Assembly: GCA_965208105.1 (NCBI GenBank)
Contig: OZ242318.1
Span: 3,616,001 to 3,680,000, forward strand
Length of the DNA: 64,000 nt
Origin: Candidatus Latescibacterota bacterium
GTDB lineage: Bacteria > Latescibacterota > UBA2968 > UBA8231
Direction: 5' to 3'
A model generated the notes under the pieces. The model did not search any database. It was not told the DNA's origin and worked only from the letters and a program-made list of their open reading frames with translations. Of the stretch, positions 47,052 to 56,998 are shown piece after piece (position 1 is the stretch's first letter; every line of letters begins with the position of its first letter). The translations under genes were made by a program, and so were the position numbers.

Positions 47052-48851
47052 CTAGGAAGGCGCCGGGCCGTTGCCCCTGCCGTAGTGCAGGCGGTGGAGA
47101 CGGGCGTAGATGCCGTCCCGCCGAACGAGCTCCTCGTGCTGGCCCTGCTCGCGGATCTCGCCGTGGTGCAGCACCAGGATGTGGTCGGCGCTGCGGATGG
47201 TGGAGAGGCGGTGGGCGATGACGATGGATGTTCTGTTGCGCATGAGGCGGGTGGTGGCCTCCTGGATGAGCTGCTCGGTCTCCGTGTCGATGCTGGAGGT
47301 GGCCTCGTCGAGGACGAGGATCTCCGGGTCGAAGGCCAGGGCGCGGGCGAAGGACAAAAGCTGGCGCTCCCCGGCGGAGAGGGTGGAGCCTCCTTCGGCC
47401 ACCGGGTGTGCCAGCCTCCGGGGCAGGCGGTTCACCAGGCGGTCGGCGTTGACGTAGCTCACCGCCGCCTCCACCTGGTCCGCGCCGATGTCCTCGTTGC
47501 CCAGGCGGATGTTGCTGCCGATGTCCCCCGAGAACAGGAAGACGTCCTGCTGCACGATGCTGATGCGGCGGCGCAGGTCCTCCACGTTCCACTGGCGCAC
47601 GTCGCGGCCGTCCACCAGGATGGACCCCTCCTGGATGTCGTAGAAGCGGCAGATCAGGTTGACGATGGTGGTCTTTCCCGATCCCGTCGCGCCCACCAGG
47701 GCCAGGCTCTGTCCCGCCCTGACCTTGAACGAGACGTCCTTGAGCACGTAGTCCTCGGCATGGGGGTCGTACTTGAAGGATACGCGGCGGAACTCGACGC
47801 TGCCCTGCTGCGACGGAACGGAAGCGCGCCTGGGGCCGCCCTGGGGCTCGGGGGCGGTGTCGAGCAGCTCGAAGATGCGCTCGGAGGCGGCCATGGCGCT
47901 CTGCAGCAGGGCGTAGCGGTCGTTGATGTCCATGATGGGCCTGAAGAAGCGCCGGATGTACTGCAGGAAGGCCACCAGCACCCCCAGCTCGATGCGGGCG
48001 TCGAGGATGGAGATGGCGCCGAACCAGATGATCAGGGCCATGCCCAGGGATCCGACGAACTCGGTGAAGGGGAAGAACAGGGCGTAGTAGAACACCTCCT
48101 TGCCCTCGGCGTTGCGGTAGGGCAGGTGCTCGCGGTCGAAGTCCCTGAGGTTGCGCTCCTGGCGGTTGAAGAGCTGGACCACCTCCATGCCGCTGATGTT
48201 CTCCTGGAGATAGGCGTTGAGCCGCGCCAGGCGCAGGCGCAGCTCGCGGAAGGCGCGCATGGCCAGGCCCTGGAGGTAGAATGTGGCGACGAAGAGGACG
48301 GGAATGACGGTGCAGGAGACCAGGGTGAGCTCCAGGTCCATGTGGGCCATGAAGGCGATGATGGCGATCAGGGTGAAGAAGTCCATGAAGACCGAGACAA
48401 CTCCCTCGGTGAAGAACTCGTTGAGCGCCTCCACATCGTTGGTGGTGCGGGTCATGACCCGGCCCAAAGGGGTGCGGTCAAAGTAGCGCATGGGCAGGCG
48501 CTGCAGATGGGCGAAGATCTGCCGGCGCAAATCGCGCATCACCAGTTGCCCGGTCATCTCGGTGACCAGGGTCTGGCCGTACTGGAACAGGTACTGGGCC
48601 CCGATGCTGGCGAAGAACAGCAGGAGTATCCACTTGAGCCCATCCAGGTCACCCGCCATGATGTGGTCGTCCACCGCCACCTGGGTCAGGCGCGGGCCGA
48701 GCTGGCTGACGCCGGCGGCGAGGATGATGAGCCCGAGGGCGAGGATGACACGCGCGGAGTAAGGCTTGAGGTATAGCAGCAGCCGCCACAGCAGCCTGGG
48801 CTCGAAGGAGCGGTGCTGGATCTCCTCTTCCTGGTGCAGCTCGGCGCTCAA
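47052..48851 (-). CDS. Heterodimeric ABC exporter subunit (TMD+NBD)
   Basis: GATGSGKT, degenerate signature LSAGE, LVLDEATS, AHRLST. Confidence 0.9.
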   Translation of the reverse strand: MSAELHQEEEIQHRSFEPRLLWRLLLYLKPYSARVILALGLIILAAGVSQLGPRLTQVAVDDHIMAGDLDGLKWILLLFFASIGAQYLFQYGQTLVTEMTGQLVMRDLRRQIFAHLQRLPMRYFDRTPLGRVMTRTTNDVEALNEFFTEGVVSVFMDFFTLIAIIAFMAHMDLELTLVSCTVIPVLFVATFYLQGLAMRAFRELRLRLARLNAYLQENISGMEVVQLFNRQERNLRDFDREHLPYRNAEGKEVFYYALFFPFTEFVGSLGMALIIWFGAISILDARIELGVLVAFLQYIRRFFRPIMDINDRYALLQSAMAASERIFELLDTAPEPQGGPRRASVPSQQGSVEFRRVSFKYDPHAEDYVLKDVSFKVRAGQSLALVGATGSGKTTIVNLICRFYDIQEGSILVDGRDVRQWNVEDLRRRISIVQQDVFLFSGDIGSNIRLGNEDIGADQVEAAVSYVNADRLVNRLPRRLAHPVAEGGSTLSAGERQLLSFARALAFDPEILVLDEATSSIDTETEQLIQEATTRLMRNRTSIVIAHRLSTIRSADHILVLHHGEIREQGQHEELVRRDGIYARLHRLHYGRGNGPAPS

Positions 48852-50596
48852 AGGGCCTCCAGCTCGGCCGCCAGTTGCTGGCGCTGGAAAAGGTCGGCGT
48901 AGAAGCCTCCCCGGGCCACAAGCTCGCGGTGGTTCCCCTGCTCGACGATGCGCCCGGCGTCGAGCACGACGATGCGGTCGGCGTGGCGCAGGGTGGAGAT
49001 GCGATGGGCGATGATGATGGCGGTGCAGCCTTTCACCGCATTGCCGAGGTGGCCCAGGATGGCCTCCTCGGTCTGGGTGTCCACCGCGGCCAGGGCGTCG
49101 TCGAGGATCAGGATGCTCGGCCTCCTGAGCAGGGCCCGGGCCAGGGTGGACCGCTGTTTCTGCCCGCCCGAGAGGGTGACCCCGCGCTCGCCGATCAGGG
49201 TGTCGAAGCCGTCATCGAAGGTATCCACGTCCTTGGTGAGCTGGGCCTGCTCGGCGGCGGCGGCGATCTCCCCGGGCCGGGGATCCTCCGCCCCGTAGGC
49301 CAGGTTGGCCCTGATGGTGTTGGAGAACAGGAAGGGCGTCTGGGAGACGTAGCCGATGGACCGGCGCAACTGCTCCAGGGGCCAGTCCTCCACCGGAGTG
49401 CCGTCGATCAGGAGCTGGCCCGGGCCGGCCTCGATCAGGCGCGGGACCAGGCGCGCCAGGGTGGTCTTTCCCGAGCCCACGCGGCCGACGACGCCCAGGG
49501 TGGAGCCCGCCGGGATGTCCAGGTCGATGCCCTGGAGCACGGGGTTGTCGCCGTAGCTGAAGCTGAGGTTGCGGAACTGGACGTGGCCGCCGATGTCGCC
49601 CCGGGGCGGCCCAACCCTGCGGTCCCTGATTTCGGGGCGCACCGCCATGACCTCGTTGATGCGGCGGATGGCCACCAGGGCACGCTGCGAGCGGTCGATC
49701 GCCCAGCCCATGTAGGCGATGGGACGGATGAGCAGGGTCAGGTAGCCGTTGAAGGCGACGAACTCGCCGATGGAGAGCTGCCCGCCGATGACCGCCTCGC
49801 CACCGAACCACAGGTTCAGGCCCAGGGCGACCGAGGCCACCAGGTAGGTGAGAGGGTAGTAGATGGCGTGGGTGTGGGCGAGGCGGTAGTTCCTCTCCAG
49901 GTAGGTCTGGTTGAGGCCCTCGAAAGCGGCGGTCTGGGCACCGCCCTGGGCGTAGGCCTTGACGATGCGGATGCCGGCCAGGTTCTCCTGAATGAAGTTG
50001 CTCAGGCGCCCGAAGAAATCCTGGATGGCGCGGAAGCGGTTGTGCACCAGGGAGGCCATGCGCAGGATGACGACGCCGAAGAGGGGAAGGGGCAGCAGCA
50101 CCAGCAGCGCCAGCTTCCAGTCGATGAAGCACATGAGCACGATGCTGAAGACGAAAATCAGGGACATCTCGGCGAGGCCGCGCAGGCCGTACATGAAGAA
50201 GACGCAGACGGCGTTGAGATCGTTGGTCGCCCGCGCCATCAGGTCGCCGGTGCGGTGGCGCTGGTAGAAGGACAGGGGCAGGGTCAGCAGGTGGGCGAAG
50301 TAGGCGGCGCGGATGTCGTACTCGATGCGGATGGCGGCCCCGCCCAGGAGGCGGCGCATGCCGTGGTTGGCCGCGGCCACCACCAGGGCGAGGCCGAGGA
50401 TCCAGGCGACGTAGAGGTGGATGCCGCCGAGGACCTCCTCCCTGGAGCCGGCGTCCAGGTCTATGGAGTTCACCGCCTCGCCCACGAGCAAAGGGATCCA
50501 GGAGGTGGCCGCCTGGCCCGCGGCAATCGCCGCCAATCCTGCGATGATGCGTTTTTTGTGGGGGAGGACGTACTGCGTAAACGGTCCGAAGATCAT
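48848..50596 (-). CDS. Heterodimeric ABC exporter subunit (TMD+NBD)
   Basis: GRVGSGKT, LSGGQ, degenerate Walker B ILILDD; TM287/288 (YheI/H)-type pair. Confidence 0.9.
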   Translation of the reverse strand: MIFGPFTQYVLPHKKRIIAGLAAIAAGQAATSWIPLLVGEAVNSIDLDAGSREEVLGGIHLYVAWILGLALVVAAANHGMRRLLGGAAIRIEYDIRAAYFAHLLTLPLSFYQRHRTGDLMARATNDLNAVCVFFMYGLRGLAEMSLIFVFSIVLMCFIDWKLALLVLLPLPLFGVVILRMASLVHNRFRAIQDFFGRLSNFIQENLAGIRIVKAYAQGGAQTAAFEGLNQTYLERNYRLAHTHAIYYPLTYLVASVALGLNLWFGGEAVIGGQLSIGEFVAFNGYLTLLIRPIAYMGWAIDRSQRALVAIRRINEVMAVRPEIRDRRVGPPRGDIGGHVQFRNLSFSYGDNPVLQGIDLDIPAGSTLGVVGRVGSGKTTLARLVPRLIEAGPGQLLIDGTPVEDWPLEQLRRSIGYVSQTPFLFSNTIRANLAYGAEDPRPGEIAAAAEQAQLTKDVDTFDDGFDTLIGERGVTLSGGQKQRSTLARALLRRPSILILDDALAAVDTQTEEAILGHLGNAVKGCTAIIIAHRISTLRHADRIVVLDAGRIVEQGNHRELVARGGFYADLFQRQQLAAELEAL

Positions 50597-50697
50597 TCAG
50601 GAAAATATAAAGGTTGGGACCGGGCTCCTCCAATCCGGCCCGGGCAACCACGGACGCCGGAAGCGAGGGATGCCGCTCACCGCTTCATTGAGTTCGT

Positions 50698-52974
50698 CTA
50701 TTGACCGGGCCAGTAGGTCTCGAGAATATTCCGGGCGGCCTCAACCTGAATCCCCCGTGAGATGAGACCATGGAGAGCCTCTGCCGCATAGGCCCTTTCT
50801 TCACCTGCCTGGCCGAACTTCCCCATGGCCGCCGCATAGGCCCTCTCCGCCTCCTTCACCTCTCCCTTGGCCAGGTAGGCCAACCCCAGATTGAACCGGG
50901 CACGGCTGTTGTCCCCTTCCTCTTCCAGCGCCCGCAGGCAAGCCCCGATAGACTCGTCCAACGCGCCCTCCCGCCCGAAGTCCAGCCCTATTTTTGTATA
51001 GGAGGCACTGCTTACCCCCTGGAAGTCACCATTCATTATTTCCCTATAGAGAGTGAAAACCGCCTGGACCTGCTTCAGGGTCGGCTCTTGGCTCATGGCC
51101 TTGTGGCACATGGCGATGGCCTCGTCCAATTTACCTGAAGCCAGCAGGACATTGGATGCGGCAATTTGAAGACCACTGGAAGCCTGGGAGTTGCGCTTGA
51201 CCGCATCTAAGGCGGTCAAGGCCGCTTCTTCCTTTAATCCCGCCTCGACCAACACCGCCGCGAGGGCCTCGTAAGTTTTCATCCTGGGGCTGAACTCCAG
51301 CGCGCGCCGGTAGGCCAGGATGGCCCCTTCAGGCTTCCCACGATTGCCCAATTGCCTGCCCGTGTTATGGTAGGCGTGTGCTATCACCTGCCTTGCCTGT
51401 TCCACTGCCTTTTGATTTTTGAACCAGAGCCAATTCCCTGTTTCTACTTCTATTCTTACATGGGAGCCTGATTTCATTAAAGAATCCAGCTTCCGCTGCG
51501 CCTGACTTTGGATGGTGGAGTCCGGCTGCATCGAGTCGAGCACCAGCTTGATGACGTGCAGATTAGGACCCTCGGGGAACGTCGAAAGCGCATCCTGGAG
51601 AATGGGCTCGACCTCGTCGGTGCCCAGCGTCTGCATGCACAGGCGCACATAAGCATCGTAGAGATTGATGCTTTCTGGTCCCTGGGCGATGGCGCGCTTC
51701 AACTGGTCGACTCCGGTCTCGATGTCTCCCCGGGCGATATAGTTCCTGGCCTGGCTGTACAGGGATGGAGCTTCGGCCTCCTTCAAGGAGAAATAACTCG
51801 AGATGAAAATCGCGCCTGCCATCCCCGGGTAGAGATAGCGGCCCCAGGGGCGCAGCCGCAGATTCACCGCTTCGAGGCCCCAAGAAAGCAGCAGCGACGA
51901 GCCGACCGTAGCCGGGTACAGATAGCGCGAGGGGCCTTCCGGTCGCCCGAGGATGATCGAATCGGTCAAGGGGAGAAAGGGGAGCACGGACATCAGAATC
52001 CACACCGAGCACGGTGCTTCCGGAACCCCCTTCCTGTAGATGAGCAGGGCGAGGGCTGCCAGTACCGCGACTCCGACCCAGAGTTCCCATGGTTGTTGCT
52101 CGTAGAGGCGAACGGGGAGCCAGTGGGCCGTGGTGATCATCCGGCTCAACATCCACAGAAGAAGGCTTCCCATTCCTGAAACGTAGATGAAAAGATCGTT
52201 CTCCAGGTAATGGCTGAATGCCCGCCACGTACTGTTTTCTCTTGGGGTGATGGCGACGATAAAGGCCAGTTCCAGGGCTATCAGGAAGAGAAGTGGCAGA
52301 AGATGGCGAGCTGCCGTTTTGAGCCTGCAGCTCCGCAACCAGGCAAGGTAGAGGCAGAAGGGCCATAGGAAGGCCATCGCTGAAAGAGCCAGGATGCTGA
52401 TGAGCACCCCGCCGTAGAATCCAAGCAGGTAGGGTATCTTCCGGGTGGACAGGTAGCTCAGATAGCAGAGGAGGGCCCCGAGGCCCCCTATCAGGGCAAG
52501 AGGGTACTCGATGGCCTGTATCCAATGGACCGCCTGGAAGTGGGCGACGTTTACCAGAAAGAGCAGTCCGCCCAAAAGACTCGATCTCAGGCTCAAGCCC
52601 AGGCCCCAGGCCAGGCGAGCCACAAAGATGGCCACCAGGGCATGGCAGGCAACAACCAGAAGGTGGAAGAATCCGGGGTCGTTGCCCCAGACGAGGTAGG
52701 CACCGAACTTGACCAGCTCGGCCACAGGCCGGCCGGAGGGCTGCTGCTTTTGAGCGGAGAAGAAGTAGGAGAAGTCTTCTCCGATGGCGATGTTGTCCCC
52801 AAAGGCCTCATGGTCGTCCATGCTGAGCAGGTGGTCTTTCAAACTGCCGAAATACAGGGCGGACAACAAAGCTACCAGGCATGCATACCCGGTCCAGATA
52901 ATCCGCCCGCTTGTACGGGGTGTTATTATAGAGCCTGGAAACATACGGGAACAGAAATTCAAACTAAGTCCCAA
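50698..52974 (-). CDS. Membrane protein with GT-C-like N-terminus and C-terminal TPRs (TMTC-like architecture)
   Basis: DD motif after the first TM helix, GRP, AVHWI, SRYLY; TPR motifs AYHNTG and ARFNLGLAY; start uncertain. Confidence 0.7.
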   Translation of the reverse strand: MGLSLNFCSRMFPGSIITPRTSGRIIWTGYACLVALLSALYFGSLKDHLLSMDDHEAFGDNIAIGEDFSYFFSAQKQQPSGRPVAELVKFGAYLVWGNDPGFFHLLVVACHALVAIFVARLAWGLGLSLRSSLLGGLLFLVNVAHFQAVHWIQAIEYPLALIGGLGALLCYLSYLSTRKIPYLLGFYGGVLISILALSAMAFLWPFCLYLAWLRSCRLKTAARHLLPLLFLIALELAFIVAITPRENSTWRAFSHYLENDLFIYVSGMGSLLLWMLSRMITTAHWLPVRLYEQQPWELWVGVAVLAALALLIYRKGVPEAPCSVWILMSVLPFLPLTDSIILGRPEGPSRYLYPATVGSSLLLSWGLEAVNLRLRPWGRYLYPGMAGAIFISSYFSLKEAEAPSLYSQARNYIARGDIETGVDQLKRAIAQGPESINLYDAYVRLCMQTLGTDEVEPILQDALSTFPEGPNLHVIKLVLDSMQPDSTIQSQAQRKLDSLMKSGSHVRIEVETGNWLWFKNQKAVEQARQVIAHAYHNTGRQLGNRGKPEGAILAYRRALEFSPRMKTYEALAAVLVEAGLKEEAALTALDAVKRNSQASSGLQIAASNVLLASGKLDEAIAMCHKAMSQEPTLKQVQAVFTLYREIMNGDFQGVSSASYTKIGLDFGREGALDESIGACLRALEEEGDNSRARFNLGLAYLAKGEVKEAERAYAAAMGKFGQAGEERAYAAEALHGLISRGIQVEAARNILETYWPGQ

Positions 52975-52986
52975 CCCGGCGCTCTC

Positions 52987-53583
52987 TCAGGCGCTCAACT
53001 CGGGGAAGGTCCTCAGAAGAAGCGGAGCCATGATCCGCAGGGCGCGGGCCCGGTGGCTGATCCGGTTCTTGATTTGGGCGGGGACCTGGGCCATGGTCCT
53101 GCGCAAGCGGGGAAGGTAGAAGACGGGGTCGTAGCCGAACCCTCCATCGCCCGCCGGCGCCGTGGCGATGGAGCCGGTGCAGACCCCCTCGGCGCGGCAG
53201 GTCCTGCCGTCGGGGGCTGCGGCCACCAGGCAGCAGCGGAAGCGGGCGCTGCGGCTGCCCCCGGCCTCGGCAAGTTGCTCCAGCAGAAGCCGGCAGCGGC
53301 CCATGTCGTCCAGGCCGGGGCCCCCGTAGCGCGCCGAGTGGATGCCCGGGGCGCCGCCGAGGGCGTCCACCTCCAGTCCCGAATCGTCGGCCAGGGCGAC
53401 GAGCCCGGAGGCGGTGGCGAAGGCGCGGGCCTTGAGGGTGGCGTTGGCTGCGAAGCTTCCCCCGTTTTCCTCCACCTCGAGATCGAGGTCCAGGTCGCCG
53501 GGAGCGGCCAGGTCCACGGGTTGCAGCAGGGCGCGGAACTCCTTCAGCTTGCCGCGGTTGTTGGTGGCCACCAGCAACGGCAT
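52987..53583 (-). CDS. rdgB: Non-canonical purine NTP pyrophosphatase (RdgB/HAM1)
   Basis: ATNNRGK, ADDSGLEVDAL, PGIHSARY, GFGYDPVF, KNRISHR. Confidence 0.93.
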   Translation of the reverse strand: MPLLVATNNRGKLKEFRALLQPVDLAAPGDLDLDLEVEENGGSFAANATLKARAFATASGLVALADDSGLEVDALGGAPGIHSARYGGPGLDDMGRCRLLLEQLAEAGGSRSARFRCCLVAAAPDGRTCRAEGVCTGSIATAPAGDGGFGYDPVFYLPRLRRTMAQVPAQIKNRISHRARALRIMAPLLLRTFPELSA

Positions 53584-53596
53584 GCGCTGGTCCGGG

Positions 53597-54700
53597 CTAC
53601 TCCTCGGTGCCCGTGAGTTCCTCGATCTGGCGGTGGCAGTAGTCCCTGAAGCGGCTGTCCTTCATGGCGCTGGTGTACCAGCGCACGGCCTGGTCGACCT
53701 GTCCCGCCTTGGCGTGGGCGTCGCCCAGCAGCAACTGGACCGGGTGGAAGTCGCGGCGCAGCTCGAGGGCGGCGTTGGCGGCGGCGATGGCCCTGGCGTG
53801 ATCGCCCCCGGCCAGGTAGGCCTCGCCCAGGCGGTAATGGGCTTCGGGGTTCTGGGGGGTGAAGGAGATGGCCTTGCGCAGGTACTGCACCGCTTCACCT
53901 GAGCGGCCCAGGCGGATGAGCACGTTTCCGAGAAGGAGGTAGGAGTCGGCGAACTGGGGATCGACCTTAACCGCCTTCTGCAGCATCGGGAGGGCCTTGT
54001 CGAGGTCGCCGGTCGCGATGTGCACCTGGGCGAGCCCGACGTAGGCGGCGGCGTAGTCCGGGTCCACCGCGATGGCCTGCCGGTAGGCGGCAGCGGCGCC
54101 GGGGTGGTTGCGCCCGGCGCGGTGCAGATCGCCCAGGGACTTGTGCGGGTTGGCGTAGCCGGGGTCGGCCTCGATGGCGCGCTCGTAGGCCCTGCGCGCC
54201 GAGGCCGCGTCGTTGAGGCGGCTGTGGCACAGGCCCAGGTTGTAGAGGGCCCTGCCGTTTTGGGGGTTCAGCTCCAGGGATTTCTCGAAGGCGGCAATGG
54301 CCTCCCTGTACTTGCGCTGGCCATAGAGGGTCAGGGCAGAGTTCTGGTGCAGGACGGCCAGCTTGGCGTTGACGCGGTCGGGGAACATGCCCAGTTGCCG
54401 CGTTCGCTCCAGGGCTTCTATGGCGCCGTCGTACTCCTCCAGCTTGGCATAGGTCTGGCCGAGCAGGTAGAAGGCCTCGGCGTAGCTGCTGTCGATGGCC
54501 GTGGCGTGCTCGAACTCGATGGCGGCGTTGCGGTAGTTCCTGGTCTTGAGCAGCTCGTAGCCGATGCGATAGTGCTTGAGGGCCTGCTGTCTGATGTCCT
54601 CGGAGCTGTCCGATTCGATATGATCGATACCCTGGGAATGGACCTGGCCGACATGGACAGCGGCGATCAGGGCAAATGCGAAGAAGTGGTGGGTTTTCAA
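53597..54700 (-). CDS. Exported TPR-repeat protein
   Basis: Signal peptide; multiple TPR motifs (AFYLLG, ALYNLG, AHYRLG); TTG start after AGGAGG. Confidence 0.85.
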   Translation of the reverse strand: MKTHHFFAFALIAAVHVGQVHSQGIDHIESDSSEDIRQQALKHYRIGYELLKTRNYRNAAIEFEHATAIDSSYAEAFYLLGQTYAKLEEYDGAIEALERTRQLGMFPDRVNAKLAVLHQNSALTLYGQRKYREAIAAFEKSLELNPQNGRALYNLGLCHSRLNDAASARRAYERAIEADPGYANPHKSLGDLHRAGRNHPGAAAAYRQAIAVDPDYAAAYVGLAQVHIATGDLDKALPMLQKAVKVDPQFADSYLLLGNVLIRLGRSGEAVQYLRKAISFTPQNPEAHYRLGEAYLAGGDHARAIAAANAALELRRDFHPVQLLLGDAHAKAGQVDQAVRWYTSAMKDSRFRDYCHRQIEELTGTEE

Positions 54701-54715
54701 ACTCGGGGCTCCTCC

Positions 54716-54946
54716 TTAATCGAGTTTTGCGGCGATCTCTTCCTCGGAAGGGAAGCGGCCTTCCTGCAGCTTGGAAAAGACGAGGTTGCCATCGACGGTC
54801 ACCTCGAAACGGCCCCCGTCCGAGGGGACCAGGGCGAACTGGCCGACGTCCTGCTTGCGCCTGTCGAGTATGTATTCCGCCAAACTGACGGCCTGCTTGA
54901 GGTAGCCTCAGGCGGTGCAGTATGCGAGCTCGATTCTGCTGGCCAT
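54716..54946 (-). CDS. SelT/SelW/SelH (Rdx) family selenoprotein with CxxU motif (UGA at 54908-54910); not in the ORF track
   Basis: MASRIELAYCTA-U-GYLKQAVSLAEYILDRRKQDVGQFALVPSDGGRFEVTVDGNLVFSKLQEGRFPSEEEIAAKLD (76 aa); GGAGG RBS; family motifs YCxxU, GxFEV, FSK, GRFP. Confidence 0.92.
54879..54892 (-). promoter_or_regulatory. Candidate SECIS element of the Rdx selenoprotein
   Basis: mRNA hairpin GCCG-UCAGUU-UGGC starting 15 nt after the UGA. Confidence 0.55.
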
Positions 54947-55036
54947 TTCCGCTTGCCTCCATGGGGTGGGGTGGGAATTTCACAAGCCCGCGGCGCCTTC
55001 CGCAGGACGACCTGCCGGCGCCTGGGGCAGGTTGTA

Positions 55037-55065
55037 AAATTAAAGCGGGGCCTTCCCGTTGTCAA
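55037..55065 (-). promoter_or_regulatory. sigma70-type promoter of the selenoprotein-TPR-rdgB unit
   Basis: TTGACA, 17 bp, TAATTT on the minus strand. Confidence 0.65.
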
Positions 55066-55220
55066 AGGAGGAATGGGCTAAACCAGGCAAATGGATTATA
55101 TTTCCGGGACGGTGAATCGGGCCGGATTTCAGCCCTGCCCCGGTGCCGCCCGAGGGCGGCTCAGCGCCCACCGGGGCCGGGAATTTCATCCATTTATCAG
55201 GGATTATCAGGGAGTCTCAG

Positions 55221-56120
55221 GTGAAGATTGCAGCGGCGACAGGCGCTCTTCTGGCCGGGTTCGCGTGCGGGCTGTGCGGCTGTGGAGAGCCTTCGCCGGA
55301 ACCCTACATAGAGCTGCTCAAAAGCACCCACTCCGACGAGCGCGAGGAGGGGGCCTACGAGCTTCTGCGCCTGGGGCCCGCCGCGGTGCCGCGCCTGTTG
55401 GAGGAGCTGGATGCGCCCTCCTCCCAGGTGCGCTACATCGTCGTCCAGCTTCTCGGCCGTCTGCGCGACCAGCGCGCCGTGCCCTTCCTGGTCGCCGCCC
55501 TCGGCGACCGCTCCGCCGCGGTGGCGGGGAAGGCGGCCTGGTCCCTGTCCGAGATGCGGGTCCCCGAGGCCCTGCCGGCGCTGCTGAAGATGGCCGACCA
55601 CGGCACCACCGAGCGCCGCCGCCACGCCCTCCGCGCCCTGGGATTCTGCCACTCCTACGACTGGGAGCCGGTGCTGAGCTCAGCGGCCTTCGAGAAGGTC
55701 TTCGCCGCCCTGGGGGACACAGTGCCCCAGGTGCGCATCGGCGCCCTGGAAGGCATCCGCCAGTTCGGCTATCGCCGCGCCGCCGCCGAGGTCGTGCGCA
55801 TGTCCCGCGATCCCTCCCCGGAGGTGCGCTACGTGGCGGTGCAGGCCCTGGGCCAGATCGCCGCCGGAGTGGCGCCCAACGCCGAGGACCTGGCCCCGAA
55901 GAGGCGCAGGGAGGTCATCGCCGCCCTGGTGGCCGCCCTCGAAGAGGACCGCTACCAGAGCATTCGCACCGAGTCCATCCGCGCCCTGGCCCAGAGCGGC
56001 GACCTCGCCGTGGTGCCGCGCCTGGAGCGGCTGCGGCGGGAGGGAACCGAGGAGGACGGCGAGGAGGTGAAGTGGGCCCTGCGCCTGCTGCTGCAGGAGG
56101 GAGAGGGGAGCGGACCATGA
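55221..56120 (+). CDS. HEAT/PBS-lyase repeat protein, probable lipoprotein
   Basis: GTG start; LLAGFACGLCGC lipobox-like signal; repeats VRYIVVQLLG, VRYVAVQALG; ATGA overlap with hisG. Confidence 0.8.
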   Translation: MKIAAATGALLAGFACGLCGCGEPSPEPYIELLKSTHSDEREEGAYELLRLGPAAVPRLLEELDAPSSQVRYIVVQLLGRLRDQRAVPFLVAALGDRSAAVAGKAAWSLSEMRVPEALPALLKMADHGTTERRRHALRALGFCHSYDWEPVLSSAAFEKVFAALGDTVPQVRIGALEGIRQFGYRRAAAEVVRMSRDPSPEVRYVAVQALGQIAAGVAPNAEDLAPKRRREVIAALVAALEEDRYQSIRTESIRALAQSGDLAVVPRLERLRREGTEEDGEEVKWALRLLLQEGEGSGP

Positions 56121-56998
56121 CCGAGATATTGAAGGTGGGTTTCCCATCGGGGAGCCTGCAGGAGTCCACCCTCGATCTGTTCAGGCGCGCCGGCTACCAG
56201 GTGGCGGTGGCGCCGCGCTCATACGTGCCCCGCATCGACGACCCCGAGCTCAGGGGCCTCATGTTCCGCGCCCAGGAGATCGCCAAGTACGTGGAGCGCG
56301 GGGCGGTGGACGTGGGGCTCACCGGCAACGACTGGGTCCTGGAGAGCGGCGCCGACGTGGTGATGGTCGAGGAGCTGGTCTACAGCAAGTCCACCTCGCG
56401 CCCGGTGCGCTGGGTCCTGGCGGTGCCCGAGGACTCTCCCGTCAGAAAGGTGGAGGACCTCCAGGGCAGGCGCGTCGCCACCGAGCTGGTCTCCGCCACC
56501 CGACGCTACCTCGAGGAGCGCGGGGTCGAGGCCGAGGTGGAGTTCTCCTGGGGGGCGACGGAGGCCAAGCCCGGCATCTCGGGGCTGGTGGACGCCATCG
56601 TCGACATCACCGAGACCGGCTCCTCGTTGCGCGCCAACCGCCTGCGCGTGGTCGAGACCTTGTTCGAGTCCGCCACCTGCTTCATCGCCAACCGGGCGGC
56701 CTGGGAAAACGGGTGGAAGCGGGAGAAGGCCTCCAACCTGCTGCTGCTGCTCAAGGGCGCCCTGGAGGCCGAGCCCAAGGTGGGCCTCAAGATGAACGTG
56801 CCCAGGGGCAAGCTCGAGGAGGTCATCGCCAGGCTGCCGGCGCTGCACACCCCGACCATCTCGAACCAGTTGGACGAGAGCTGGGTCGCCCTGGAGATCA
56901 TCGCCGACGAGAAAGTAGTGCGCGAGTTGATTCCCCGGCTCAAGAAGGTGGGCGCCACCGGCATCATCGAGTACCCCCTGAGCAAGGTGGTCTACTGA
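56117..56998 (+). CDS. hisG: ATP phosphoribosyltransferase (long form)
   Basis: PSGSLQE, RAQEI, GLTGND, FSWGATE, DAIVDITETGSSLRAN; C-terminal regulatory domain. Confidence 0.95.
   Translation: MTEILKVGFPSGSLQESTLDLFRRAGYQVAVAPRSYVPRIDDPELRGLMFRAQEIAKYVERGAVDVGLTGNDWVLESGADVVMVEELVYSKSTSRPVRWVLAVPEDSPVRKVEDLQGRRVATELVSATRRYLEERGVEAEVEFSWGATEAKPGISGLVDAIVDITETGSSLRANRLRVVETLFESATCFIANRAAWENGWKREKASNLLLLLKGALEAEPKVGLKMNVPRGKLEEVIARLPALHTPTISNQLDESWVALEIIADEKVVRELIPRLKKVGATGIIEYPLSKVVY

Noticed and set aside
47052-50596. Degenerate ABC motifs (LSAGE, ILDD) as signs of inactivation
   Set aside because: Normal asymmetry of heterodimeric TM287/288-type exporters.
55091-56116. N-terminal extension or fusion on HisG (635-aa ORF)
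   Set aside because: The extension is an off-frame overlap of the HEAT gene; HisG starts at ATG 56117.
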